A DNA stretch of 64,000 nucleotides from Macrostomum lignano (taxonomy: Eukaryota): contig NIVC01001769.1 of the NCBI GenBank assembly GCA_002269645.1, positions 62,001-126,000 of the forward strand. Reading direction: 5' to 3'. The position numbers and the translations under genes were made by a program. The notes beneath the pieces were generated by a model. The model saw nothing but the letters and a program-made list of their open reading frames with translations, ran no database searches and was not told the origin of the DNA. Shown here piece after piece: positions 49,412 to 61,466 of the stretch. Position 1 is the stretch's first letter, and every line of letters begins with the position of its first letter.

Positions 49412-51034
49412 CGCGTAAGACTTTAAAGGAAGATGCTTTGCGTTCCTTTCTTTCACCCTCCGTTTCCTCGCCCTTAGCAAGTTCTGACTGCTAGTACACT
49501 TTTTTCTGTTCAATGTCAACAAAACTCGCATTCTGTTTCGGAAAAATGACATTTAATTTCATCCTTCCAAATTTAGCTACTTCAACCGTCATATGAATTC
49601 GGTATGGATCCATTCAACTTCGGCAATCGGATATCCTTTCTTTGTAGTAAGGGCGTTCATTCTGTCTACGGATAAAACTTGTTCATGCATGCAGACTTCC
49701 TATTCAATTTCGGCATGCTGCATTCAATTTCTGCACAATATTGTTGGTGCGCATTTTTTCTAGTGTACTGTAACAGAGCGGACCCCTTTATCGGACACTT
49801 TTAAAGCTAACAAAAAATACAGCAACTGTCTGTGCTCTCTATATGGCATCCCTCTTTGAACTGAGTGCGTACACTGAATTCATCTTTAAAAGAATATAAC
49901 AAATAAGAAGAAGAATGAGCACCGAGGAGATGTTCGAAGAACCCGAAGAATGCGAGTTTTTTTAATTGAATGGGAAATTGTTTATACGGAGTACACTAAA
50001 CTGAAAACATTTTTGATAACTAAACTGCTCTGGTTTGATAAATTGACTCGCTTGATCCTGACCCCGTATACAAGATCAAAGTTCGCACAAAGCTAGTGTA
50101 GCGAGCAACTCCAGCTGGTGTTTGCGAGTGTTGGTTAGCCACTCAAAAAGGTGGAGGAGTAGAAGGCGGCTGTGCCTGTGTATTTATTGTCTGACAGAAC
50201 ACAGATTTCCGGTTCATTGAGTGCGCGTGGGGATGTTACTGCTACAGCAGATCCTTGATGCAATTTTAAAATAATCGAAAGCTTCTTACTTGAAGTTCTC
50301 CACTTTATAACACAAACGAGCCTAAATTATTTTGTAATTTAACATTACTGTGATTGAAAGTTCACCAAACCCAAATAATTGGGAGTAATTTAAATGCATG
50401 ACATAGGACATCTGCTGTCAGTCTTTCATCATTATGTATGTAATTATTGCGTTGGCTTAGGCAGATAAAAGTATTATCGAGTTACTTGTACTTGTAGCTA
50501 TACTCGCGTATGCATGTAGCTCACGTACATGTATATGGATATATACGAGTACAAGCATTTATCTACAAAAATTTCGTCGTCTGGGCAGACGCGGCCATGC
50601 AGTATTCGTACGATGTCGATGCAGTGTAAATTTAATTTATGTAAGTACTTACCTACGCCAAATTTCAGCCGATTTTTAGCAAAAATTATACTGTATTTTT
50701 ACACTTCTGCTGGGCGCCTATTTATTTATAGATCATGTCTCGTACCGGCAAACCTATCTAGAGAGCGTACACTCGTATATGCAGACAAGGGTGAAGAGAG
50801 GTACGTGTAAAACGAGTAAATTATATAATTTGTACAATCGACGCTGCTGTCATACATGTATGCCTACGTAGGTACCGATATATATATATATATATATATG
50901 AAGAAATTAGCTATACCATTCATGTCAAGGGTGACTTATAAGTACTTAATTAATGTTTTTTACGCCCTTGGATGCAGTTACATGTACATGCACAGTGTAC
51001 GCAACGTATGGATAGTGCAATCATTTGGTTCCAA

Positions 51035-51403
51035 GACGTTTCGTCAACTGGTATTTCGTCAACGAGACATTACGGCAACCGGACATTCGATTCAATCCAC
51101 GCACCATGGTACGAGTATTGCGACACCATTGAGGAACGAACGTTTCTACGAAAATTTACTTTCCAAGAATTGTACACGTTTTAAACAAATTTGAAATCGC
51201 ATGCATTACCAACTCATTGCCTTCTCTGGCTGGTGCAGCTATAATAATAATCCGCTACAATTTGCTAAGTTGCCGTAATGTCTGTTTGACGAAATGCCGG
51301 TTGACGAAATGCCGGTTGACGAAATGCCGGTTGACGAAATGCCGGTTGACGAAATGCCGGTTGACGAAATGCCGGTTGACGAAATGCCGGTTGACGAAAC
51401 GTC
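51035..51403. mobile_element. MITE with long inverted ends built from 15-bp subterminal repeats
   Basis: Left GACGTTTCGTCAACTGGTATTTCGTCAACGAGACATTACGGCAAC is the reverse complement of right GTTGCCGTAATGTCTGTTTGACGAAATGCCGG..TTGACGAAACGTC. There are about 8 units on the right and 2 on the left. Confidence 0.8.
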
Positions 51404-52555
51404 CGGTACTACGTAACGCGTAGATAGAGCTGGGTTTTCAGAATTTTGACGCGAAAAACGCAAATTATACTACTATCTGAAAATGAAGTAAGTAGTATAT
51501 GAAAACGCTATCCTAAGCGTGATATACATAGCAATATGTACTCGTATTTGTACATTAATCCCATATACTGCATTAATCCTTATCTATCTCAAATTGTATA
51601 TGTACAGTGTCTACATGAATCCCCAATCTACACGACGGCCTCCGCTCTTGCGTATTTGAATCGTCAACCCCACAAGATTATATGTACAATTCCAACTCGA
51701 AACACTAATTGTTACGTGTACAGCTCAGTATATATATTGCAGAGGTGGGTTGGTGTGTGTGCGCCAACTGTACAACATCATCTACTGCCAAATGAGTCAT
51801 GTATGCATATTTATATGTCAATTACCCAAAACCAAATGTAACTGATTACGCTATACTACCGTTAGTAGAGTTTAAAAGTCGAGATTCTTACTAAAAATTT
51901 TTGCATTCATAATTTTACCTTTTTATATTGAAAAAGCTGATATCATGTTTATTTTATTTTCATTTATATAGTTGAAACAGAGAACATGCAGAAGCGCCCA
52001 CCCACCCATATTATACTCCAAAATTTGCAAAGTGGTCCGCACATCCAAGAATTAATTCTTCATATTCTGCTGACCCTCAAAAAGCAAACAGTACGCAGAA
52101 ACCGTCGCCCACCCCCCCCCAAACTTGGCGGAGGAGGCATGAGTCAGCCAAAAATCGCTGTCCACACTGTTATATCCACTCCTTCCATACTTCATCCCTC
52201 TAGAATTCAGCCCTCGTCACCACTCCAGGACAAATACGTCATTCCGTCATTCCCAACGCCTCTCCCCGAGTCAAATAAGTTTTCAAAAGACGTATATATA
52301 TATATATATATATATATATTTACACAAAAAGCCGGCCGAGCTTTGATACGTATATATTTATTTAGTTGGCCTCTAAATTCAAGACTGTGAAAGCAATGTT
52401 TTATACAATATATCTATTTGACAGGGCGGATGATACAAGACCCCTTGTCGCGCTTTAATCCGCAAAATATGCCACTGACGCTGGTGTACACCATGGAATC
52501 GAATATGTTGCATGTTGAATCACCCTTTATCTCCGGCCATATTCAAAATCAACCC

Positions 52556-52900
52556 CAAGACTGTTCGAAGACAGCCACCCTTCAATGGTCAGCAGACCCT
52601 ATATAGCAAATCGAATTGAACCACTCGTCCCTGTTCTCTCTGTCACCCTTCTAAATTGCCGGATTTCCGACCCCTCTCCCCATTTTTAGTGTACAAACAG
52701 ATCTTTTCACAGCACAGACCCTATATTAAACCTCATTCAGCAAAACCCCTCTTCTCCAATTACGTCATCCATGCCGCCCCAGTTAGCAAGAAACTAACTT
52801 TTAATGCACATATCAACCCCGCGAATCTGAGCAAATCCGAGTCAACCTCCACCTGCATCGACTCAATACCCCTGCATCTGTCAATGTACACAGCCTATGA
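52556..52900 (+). repeat. Dispersed repeat, diverged direct copy at about 55580-55880
   Basis: Shared GAACCACTCGTCCCTGT, AGTGTACAAACAGAT..TTTCACAGCACAGAC, TTACGTCATCCA and CAGTTAGCAAGAAAC blocks. Confidence 0.75.
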
Positions 52901-53399
52901 ATCAGTGTCTCCACCGCAATGCAATTCTGATATTATACTTGATTCTAACACTTTTGCATATTGTCTCTTACCCTTGCGTTATACTAGAAGTAGTGAAGTC
53001 CACATATTTAAATATGCAATTCTACCTCCGCCACGCCTCTCCTGCCCTTATTTACTTCAAGCTTTCAGACTTGTGTGATGAATAGGCAATTAGATAAATA
53101 GCATGCACGGTAAGCAATTATTTAGGCCCTAGACAAACCTACTTGGAGCGTTCGGAGATTTTAAAGCTATTAATCCTAATCGCCTATCGCCGGTCGGCGA
53201 GTCCTACCAGTCTTTCTCCAATAGCCGCAGGTACAGTACAAGAAAAGAAAGAACACGAGGGAACACAAACCGAAAGATTTAGAGAGTGATGATCCTATAT
53301 GATACAAACTGATAATTGGCTAGACGATTTAATTTGATTTCTTCAAGTTACAAGATTCAAATTCAAAGCGGCGCAGATAACTAGAGTTGACAAAACGAC

Positions 53400-54130
53400 G
53401 ATAACGGTTAATAATAATAATAATTAGATTACGCAACTGGCAAGCACATCTCAGCTGAAGAAGAAGAGGAAGAAGAACCGAACACGACCACGGAGAAGAC
53501 TCCTAACCCCTGGCCTAAACCAGAACCTACACTCGAACGAGAGCCCTGCCGAACCGACCGTTCAACGGAGTACCGACTAAATTCTATCGGCACTGCCCTT
53601 CAGTGTGACACTGAGGCCCTCGGGGTCGAGGCCGCGTACTTGATCAGATCCGACAGTCTCTATCTTACCGCGCTTGACAGCGACGACTTCAGACAGGAAT
53701 TTGCCGTAGACGTTACGCCACAAGACTGAAGCGGTTGGGCGGGGAACAAAGTATGGACCGGGGTGACGAAATCAAAACGCCTCAAAGCGCGAACCAAAGG
53801 GAACAGGCCACCGGCCGGGAAGCTGGAACACAAACCAAAACCGGGGACGGAGCAGGAAAGAGAAGGGAAAAAGTGAGATCTGATTGCCAAACACACTTTC
53901 ATATATAGTCAGAGTCACAACCCCTCGAAACCCCCCTCAAGCCGGGCGGTGGTCGTCTGGCCGGCCGCTTGCTTAAGCCGAATTGCACTGTGCCCGCGGC
54001 GCCGGGTAGAACTGGAACTTGCCGCGTGCCAGGGTCCAGGCCGGTTCTGATTGGCTGACCGCGCAAAGCTGGGGTTCGCAGAGAACTCAACCCTCCGCTG
54101 AGTCTCACTTCTCACGTCTGACTTCTAGCC
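53400..54130 (-). mobile_element. LTR-like GC-rich module
   Basis: On the minus strand a GCCAATCAG box, a TATATAT box and pyrimidine-rich non-coding sequence. Ends and TSD not determined. Confidence 0.3.
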
Positions 54131-54284
54131 TGTTTACGCAAAATAAACCCTAACTAACAAGAAAAAAGTACACCAAAAACGCATGACTAAACTAAAGCAA
54201 AATAACAATTCAATAACAATAATGCAAAACCTAACTAATAGAATACAAGGCTATCGCAAAAGATGCTCACACTACACTTGGTCC

Positions 54285-55330
54285 TGAGATGGTTTAATCT
54301 GTTCGAAGCAGGAATGAATCATGCACTGACCTCTCCATATACAAAGTCAAGTTGGAATTTCAAACAAGAAATTTGGTTATTTTGAAAGCTAAATGACTAG
54401 AAATGAGCATTTTTCATAAGAAAATACAATTTTCACAGTTTTTAACGATTTTAACGTTAAAATGTAGACTTTATTGATCCAAATCAGTAGTTTCATCATT
54501 AGAAACCATAGCTACTTCAACAGCTAATTTGTCCAAATGTCGTTTTCAACTCGACCTTAGACAGCTTTGAAGCAAGAATGAATCCCGCACAAACATCCAC
54601 AAGCCAAGCCAGCCCAGAATCAACCAAAGTAATGGCTATTGAAGCCTAAATTGCTAGAAATGAGCATTTTTCATAAGAAAATACAATTTTTCACAGTTTT
54701 TACGCATTTTTTACATTAAAATGCAGACTTTATTGATCAAAATCAGTAGTTTCATCACTAAAAACCACAATTTTAACACAAAATGATCACAAATGCTACT
54801 TCTGGAACTCTGAGACAGCTTTGAGCAGGAATTATAATCGCACACGGATTACCCGAGCCAGTCCAATTTCCACTAAAGCTATGGTTTTTTAAAGCTAATT
54901 CTTCGAATTTCTCATTCTTTGGTTTAATAAAGGCCAATTTTCACAGTTTTATTATTTTCTAACGTTAAAATGCTAAATGCGAATTGATCAAACTTAGTAG
55001 TTTCATCCCAAAAACCATGATTTCAACCGCTAATTTGTCCAAATGCTGATTTCAAAGTTGGCAAGAGACAGCTTTCGAGCAGGAATGAGTCACACACTGA
55101 TCTCCATATGCACACCCCGGCCCAAATTGGAATTCCACCCAAGGCATTTTCATTGAAAGCTAAATTACTAGAAATTGCACATTTTCGTTTAAAAAGGCCA
55201 ATTTTCACAGTTTTTACTCTTTTTAACGTTAAAATGCTGACTTTATTGAACAAAATCAATCACTTCATCAGCAGAAACCATAATTTTTACAAATTAATCG
55301 TCAAAATGCTGTTTCATCATCAAATGTGTG
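54285..55330. repeat. About 255-270-bp diverged tandem repeat x4
   Basis: Recurring GAGACAGCTTT..GCAGGAAT, CTAGAAAT..TTTTCACAGTTTTT..AAAATG and GTAGTTTCATC..AAAACCA blocks at about 260-bp spacing. Confidence 0.8.
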
Positions 55331-56243
55331 TATTTGGTACGTGTAATACCCCTCAAGAAGTCAGGGAAGGGATTATTCTTGAATATTGGGTTAAAACGTA
55401 CAGTTTGCTATAAACCTAGCTATAATAATTTTAACATATACAGTCGGTAAAGCGGCCCGTTGATTTCAATTGAAATTTAAACTGTCTCTCACAAACTCTC
55501 TCTCTCTCTCCTTCTGAACCCACTGAGAAAAGTGGCTTATGAGACAATCAGTTAGACAAGTTTAGTATACTGAAATTGGCAAAACACCCAACACCCAATT
55601 GTCATTAGACTCGTCTTCACAGCACAGACCCATATCGAACAGAACCACTCGTCCCTGTCTCTCTGACCTTACCATTTCTAACTGTCAAGGAATTCCGACC
55701 CTCCCTCTCCAATTTCAGTGTACAAACAGATATTTTCACAGCACAGACTCATATATTGAGTCTCCTTCAACCAAAACCCTATCTTGATTACGTCATCCAC
55801 CTCCCCATAGGAGCAGTTAGCAAGAAACAAAATTTTTCAATGCACATTTGAACACTGCAAACCCTGCAAAATCGCACATCTACGGGTCGATTTCGATTGA
55901 CAATTTAATACCTTTTGTTGATGCTGCTGTGTACAGTAGTCTTATTTCCGAAGCTCCTAGCAGTCATCTTTTAGGTGTGGTGAATCAGTGTCGTTGTTGC
56001 CAACTTTACATCTCGATTCATCCTCCAAATTCTTAAAATCTGACCATATTCAATAATTTAACCCATGCAAGTAGATTTGCCAATTCGTCAAATTAGCCAA
56101 TACGAATGGGGCCAGAGGATCCCCCAACAGAATCGAGTCAATCTTTTACCAAATCGAGCCCTTGTCTCTCCCAGGCCTCTCTCTCCTACACATACCCAGA
56201 AAAGTGACTCATGAGGCAATCAGTTTGACAGGTTCAGTATACA

Positions 56244-56760
56244 GTCTGAATCTGCCATTCTAAATCTGCCATTCCTAATCTGCCATTCTGAATCTGCCAT
56301 TCCTAATCTGCCATTCTGAATCTGCCCATTCCTAATCTGCCATTCTGAACCTGCCCATTCCTAATCTGCCATTCTGAACCTGCCCGTTCTGAACCTGCTC
56401 ATTCTGAACCTGCCCATTCTGAATCTGCCATTCTGAATCTGCCATTCCTAATCTGCCATTCTGAATCTGCCCATTCCTAATCTGCCATTCTGAACCTGCC
56501 CGTTCTGAACCTGCTCATTCTGAACCTACCCATTCTGAATCTGCCATTCTGAATCTGACATTCTGAACCTACCAATTATGAATCTGCCATTCTGAATCTG
56601 CCATTCTGAATCTGCCATTCTGAATCTGCCATTTTGAACCTGCCATTCTGAATCTGCCATTCTGAATCTGCCCTAAATCTGCCATTCTGAATCTGCCCAT
56701 TCTAAATCTGCTATTCTGAATATGCTATTCTGAATCTGCCATTCTGAATATGCCAATCTA
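56244..56760. repeat. 14-bp minisatellite (CTGAATCTGCCATT); left edge of the duplication
   Basis: Same unit as 34515-35075. The flank on the right is homologous to 35075 onward and the flank on the left is unrelated. Confidence 0.95.
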
Positions 56761-56824
56761 AAGACTCAAGCTCGCCTAAATTAACCACCTTAGCCACAGA
56801 TTATCAAGCTCGTTTTTAACTCAC

Positions 56825-58159
56825 GCCTCTCCGCTATCCAACCCTTGGAAAGTCAGAGGCTTTCCATAGACTTCGATTTCGCACAATGACATGATGCTGT
56901 TGACACGGAAGCTTCGAATTAAAATTCTGTCTGCCATTGCGTCGCAAGGAAACGATCGAGTGATGAACGACTGTGACGAAATGTGCCGATAGCAGGTGGT
57001 GTCACCGGCGTATATGCCGAAATCGTGCATGGCGTTGAGCATCGCCTCGTCTGGCAGCTTCGCCGTGTGAATGACAACTCGAGCGATGTAAGAAGGCGTC
57101 TCAAGTTCGGCCTTAAGCGGAGAAAATAATAACTATTGACGTGTCAGTTCTCTAAAGACTGCACGAGTAAAAGTGAAGTGGGGAGTAAATTGTTTGCCCA
57201 GTTATTGTCTAGACCCGTGAACTCCACCTCGAAAATCCTCTCTATCCAGCCCGAGGGCCCTTTGAAACTTCACGATAACAATATGGCCTCTTCTTAGCGG
57301 CCTTGAGCGGTGAACTACTGCAGCAGCGCCTGATGCCATGGCTCAATGTGGAGTTGCTGAGATGATAATTAGCTCAATGGGGTAGTTGCTGAGATGCTAT
57401 GACTCAATGAGTGAGTTGCTGAGATGCCATGGCTCATTGGGGAGTTGCTGAGATGCTAATTGGCTCAATGTGGAGTTGCTGAGATGCCATGGCTCGATGG
57501 GGGAGTTGCTGAGATGTCATGGCTCATTGGGGAGTTGCTGAGATGCCATGGCTCAATGGGGAATTTCTGAGATGCCATGGCTCAATGGGAGGAGTTTCTG
57601 AGATGCCATTTGCTGGAATTTATATCAACCTTGGTTATCAATAATTGCAATAACAATGACTGCAATTGTACTCACCTTCCAAAAGCTACTGATTTCAGGT
57701 ACAGTCGAGACGCATTGAGTCCATTCTTGAACAATGCTTCCGTCAATAGCCAGATTGCAGTTCCCGGATGAAGAGCTCTGGCGACAGCGCTCCAGGTGTA
57801 GGCGTTCTGTAAACAATTCAAGGTAAATTGCAGCTCTAATTGCTAAACTTCAAATAAATGTACGTTTGGGAGTGCACTAGATCAAAGAGAATAGTTTTGA
57901 TGCTTTCACCATCGAGATTCTGTAATATCTAGATAATGATGCTAATCCTCACAATAGGCTGCTTAAACAGAGCACTAAGTCTCAATGGCTTTAGCTACTC
58001 ACCTTCGTTGAAATCGTCGGATCCAAGCATGCGGTACATCACTTGGCGAGTTTTAAAGAGTTGTATTCCTGCAACATCGGCTGAAAATAAAATCTGAAGT
58101 AGCACTGCCAGAAATACGCAATTTCGATCTGGTAGACTTGAAAGCCATTTCATTTGCAT
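56825..58159 (-). pseudogene. Lectin gene B' : exons 1-3 only (58159-58003, 57806-57676, 57111-56825)
   Basis: Same exon sizes as gene B (157, 131, 287 nt) with intact splice sites and frames. No exon 4 or WSC exon found between 48.7 and 56.2 kb. Confidence 0.75.
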
Positions 58160-58374
58160 TGTACTGACTGTTTAGTTAGCACAATTCAATGTTTTGGCTT
58201 GATGTTTTTGTGAAACAACTAAAAAGCTGTCTAAAAAAGTTAGTGTGCAATTTTTGCATTTTTAAAATGAATGTTAGCATTTTGATAGGTATAGACATAG
58301 ACATATATATATAAAAGAATATTACGACCAATAATAACCATAACTAATTTAAGAAATGCAATAATATACTAAAA

Positions 58375-58662
58375 TTTGAATATAATGCACCTGCCCTAAT
58401 TAAAATATTTGCAACCGACAGCTCAGCCGCAGCTTTTGCGCGGCGCATCTGAAGGCTGCGTACGGCTGTTCAGTCCAAGGACTGGAGGGGTCGCCAACAT
58501 GGCTAAATTACCTTCAATTACCCCAGAAAATGCCGGCACCCATTTTACAGGTGGGTGAACTGAAGCAATGCAGAGTTGAGTGTCTTGCTTCGGGACAAAT
58601 ACTCGTAGTTCCGAGTAGGTAGAGAATCGAACTCCCGACCGACGTTCTAACCACTAGGCTAC
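58375..58662 (-). mobile_element. SINE family 1 (paralog of the 37030 copy)
   Basis: Reverse complement of the family body and head to TTCTAACCACTAGGCTACAACC. Confidence 0.85.
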
Positions 58663-59155
58663 AACCATAAAGACTGTCTCCTGCTGCGAAGACATTAAAA
58701 AGGTAGTGTATCAAGCCTTTGAATCTAATTTAATAAATTCTTTAGAGTTTGAATATCTGGGTGTTATTGAAGATATCCATATATTCAATGACAACTCCGT
58801 CCATTACTTGGATAACTCCAAAAAACTCCTCTTACTTTCATATACAAGTGGGTGGATTAAACTGTTAAAACCAAAAACCCGCAAAGTTTTAAATAACATT
58901 TTTAATCGATTTTAGCAATCTTTTTTCATTGTTTACTCGGCTAAAATCCTTGTGTCCTACAGAGTTGTCGAATTTTCATATTTGTACAATTCCCAGCTAG
59001 TGCAGCTATTTCAGAATGAAGTATAAATCTGTTCGAACATAGAACGCCGGTACTCTAAATTAACAATTAATCGATGTACTTCACACACGGTTTAAAATTG
59101 TTAAACTTTTCGACTGGATCACCTGTCGGTATTACTATACAATTATTCAATAAAA

Positions 59156-59455
59156 CGGGGTTGTAGCCTAGTGGTCAGAGCGTAGGACTCACGACTTAAA
59201 CACGATTCGATTCCCGATCCCCACTGAAACAATTTGTCATTGGGCAAGAAACTTAACTCCGCATTGCTTCGGTTCACCCAGCTGTAAAATGGGTGCCAGC
59301 ATTAGCTGGGGTAATTGAGGGTGTGTGGGGCGACCCCCCCCCAGTTCTTGGACTGAACAGCCGTACGCAGCCTTCAGATGCGCCGCGCAATAGCTGCGGC
59401 TGAGCTGTCGGTTGCACATCGTGCTATCAGGGCAGGTCTAATAAATTATTAATAT
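59156..59455 (+). mobile_element. SINE family 1 (paralog of the 37872 copy)
   Basis: GGGGTTGTAGCCTAGTGG head, core and body. Confidence 0.88.
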
Positions 59456-60309
59456 TACTATGAATAAAAAAGAAAGGAAACTATAACATCTTGTTTTAAT
59501 TTATTTATTTTAAAACCTTACAAAGAACTGAGAGATCACCAAGTTTTTGTGTACTTTCAAAGTCACATTCAGACGTACAGTATGTACTACTAAAAATGAA
59601 GTACATTTACGAAGTGTTGCCCAGTAAGAAACTCTTAGGAAAGAAATTTATTCAACTGACTGTAGTGCTTAGTCACAAATTATTTTTGTTTTAATGATAA
59701 TGAGCACTTTATAAATAAATGTACATGGAGGCAGGTCATGGGACACCGTGGGAAGACAGTGAATAATACAGAATTTAAATAAAAAATGACCGCTCACTTA
59801 TAATCTCCAGTAAGCAAATGCTATTAATAAGAGTACAGCATTTTCTGTTAACCCACAGTTGTTTCGAGTTATTAATTGCAGGTATGTTTTGCCTCAAAAA
59901 TAAAACATCACTGTCCGGACAAATAGTATCGGGATCTAACATATAGAGAGCCAATACTGCTACTACGCTCGTAGTATTAAAGGTGAAGCCGAAATCCATT
60001 CTCTGTGGCACGTTCATAAACAGCTAGTTGCTTTCAAATCGCATATATATTATATGTATATTGTATCATAATCATATATATATGATTATGATAAATCAGA
60101 TGATCATTATAAATCAGCAACCATGCAATCATTTCTAGTTGTATAATTTGGCTTATGGTCGAAAATTAGAAGCCCGAGGATTTGGGATTTTGTGCTTCAG
60201 CTTAGCTATTAGCTATATTGGCTCTCTATGTTAGCTTGGTAAACTTCTGGTCAGGATCAATACACTCTCAAAAATAAAATTGCAGAAAAATACTCATAGT
60301 TGCTATAAT

Positions 60310-61293
60310 TTACAGAATAATCTCGTAGACGCTATTCTGATAGTGACCGCCGCACCGTTTGGACTTGCTATAGATGCACCGTTTATCGCAGGCTTTCGGT
60401 TCCTTTGCTTCGCCATATCTGCCAAACTTGTTGCCGCAATAGCACAATCGACCATTTTGCAGTCCAAAATAGAGCTTGTTTAGGCGTTTACACATCCTAT
60501 GGCATTTTGAAATCGACAAAAACGTTAGCGATACCAATTGCTCAAGGTCCGGCTGCTTTGGATTGTCCTTGTGGCACCCTATATATTCTGATTGGGAAGT
60601 TGGTTCGGATATCATAAAATAACAAATAAAAAAATTTGTTTTGCTTAATTAATTAAATACTGAATAAATGTAAATGTCTGCGCTTGTTTGCCATCACTGA
60701 GACCGCAGTTAGACTGGTCAACCTTAAATAAGTTGACACTTTTCTGTAAGAGGTCTCTACCCTGTAAGGGCGCTTTTCCTAAGCCCCGAGAGTCCAGTTG
60801 TGGATCCGCACCATACTCTGCGACACATGCAAAACACGAGCTACTTGTAAAGCAGAACTCACTTTGTAGCTCAGTCGGACGCAGCAATGTTAAGTAGCCG
60901 AAAATCTGCAATTGGCACAGATGTAGGCCCGCACCGGGTACCGAGACCACTTTCACGTGATGGCCGAACCGCATGCAGTTAAAGATCTTCGTAACAAATG
61001 GATTTGCATCAATGTGTTCTGTGCATTTATAGTAACTAATGTAAAGAGTAAAGTGGTTCAGACTATTTTTACAGCATTTGTCCATCCGGTTGAAGAGCTT
61101 GACGTGTTTTACAAGGGCCGACTCTTTGAAGTAGGCGCGCATCCAAGCTTCTTCTGCAGATTTGTCGCTCGGGATGTCAAGGCACTTTTTACCATGTTCG
61201 CCATTGAATACGGCAAAGTTGCGGTCAAAAGCATGCTTACAGATGTTTAACTGCCAGTCGACTGATGATGAGCAATAGTTTAACGCGATTTCG
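60310..61293 (-). CDS. Lectin gene C' : exons 4-5 (61293-60863, 60587-60310); 5' exons absent from the window
   Basis: Same exon sizes as gene C (431, 278 nt), open frames and intact splice sites. Exons 1-3 may lie beyond 64000, past the Polinton-like insertion. Confidence 0.75.
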
Positions 61294-61466
61294 CTAAAAA
61301 GATTATTGCGGGTGTCTACTGTTTCAAATAGACGACAAATCTTAGAAAGCAACTCGTTGAAATGATAAACTATGAAGAGTAATGATTCTCATTTTGCATC
61401 AAATACATATATACTCGAAGATGCAATCCTATACTTATTCTCTAAAAGTTGTGCTCATTTCATGTT

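Noticed and set aside
49440-49770. Missing exons 4-5 of gene B'
   Set aside because: Minus-strand translations are stop-ridden and have no FTLD or WSC cysteine pattern.
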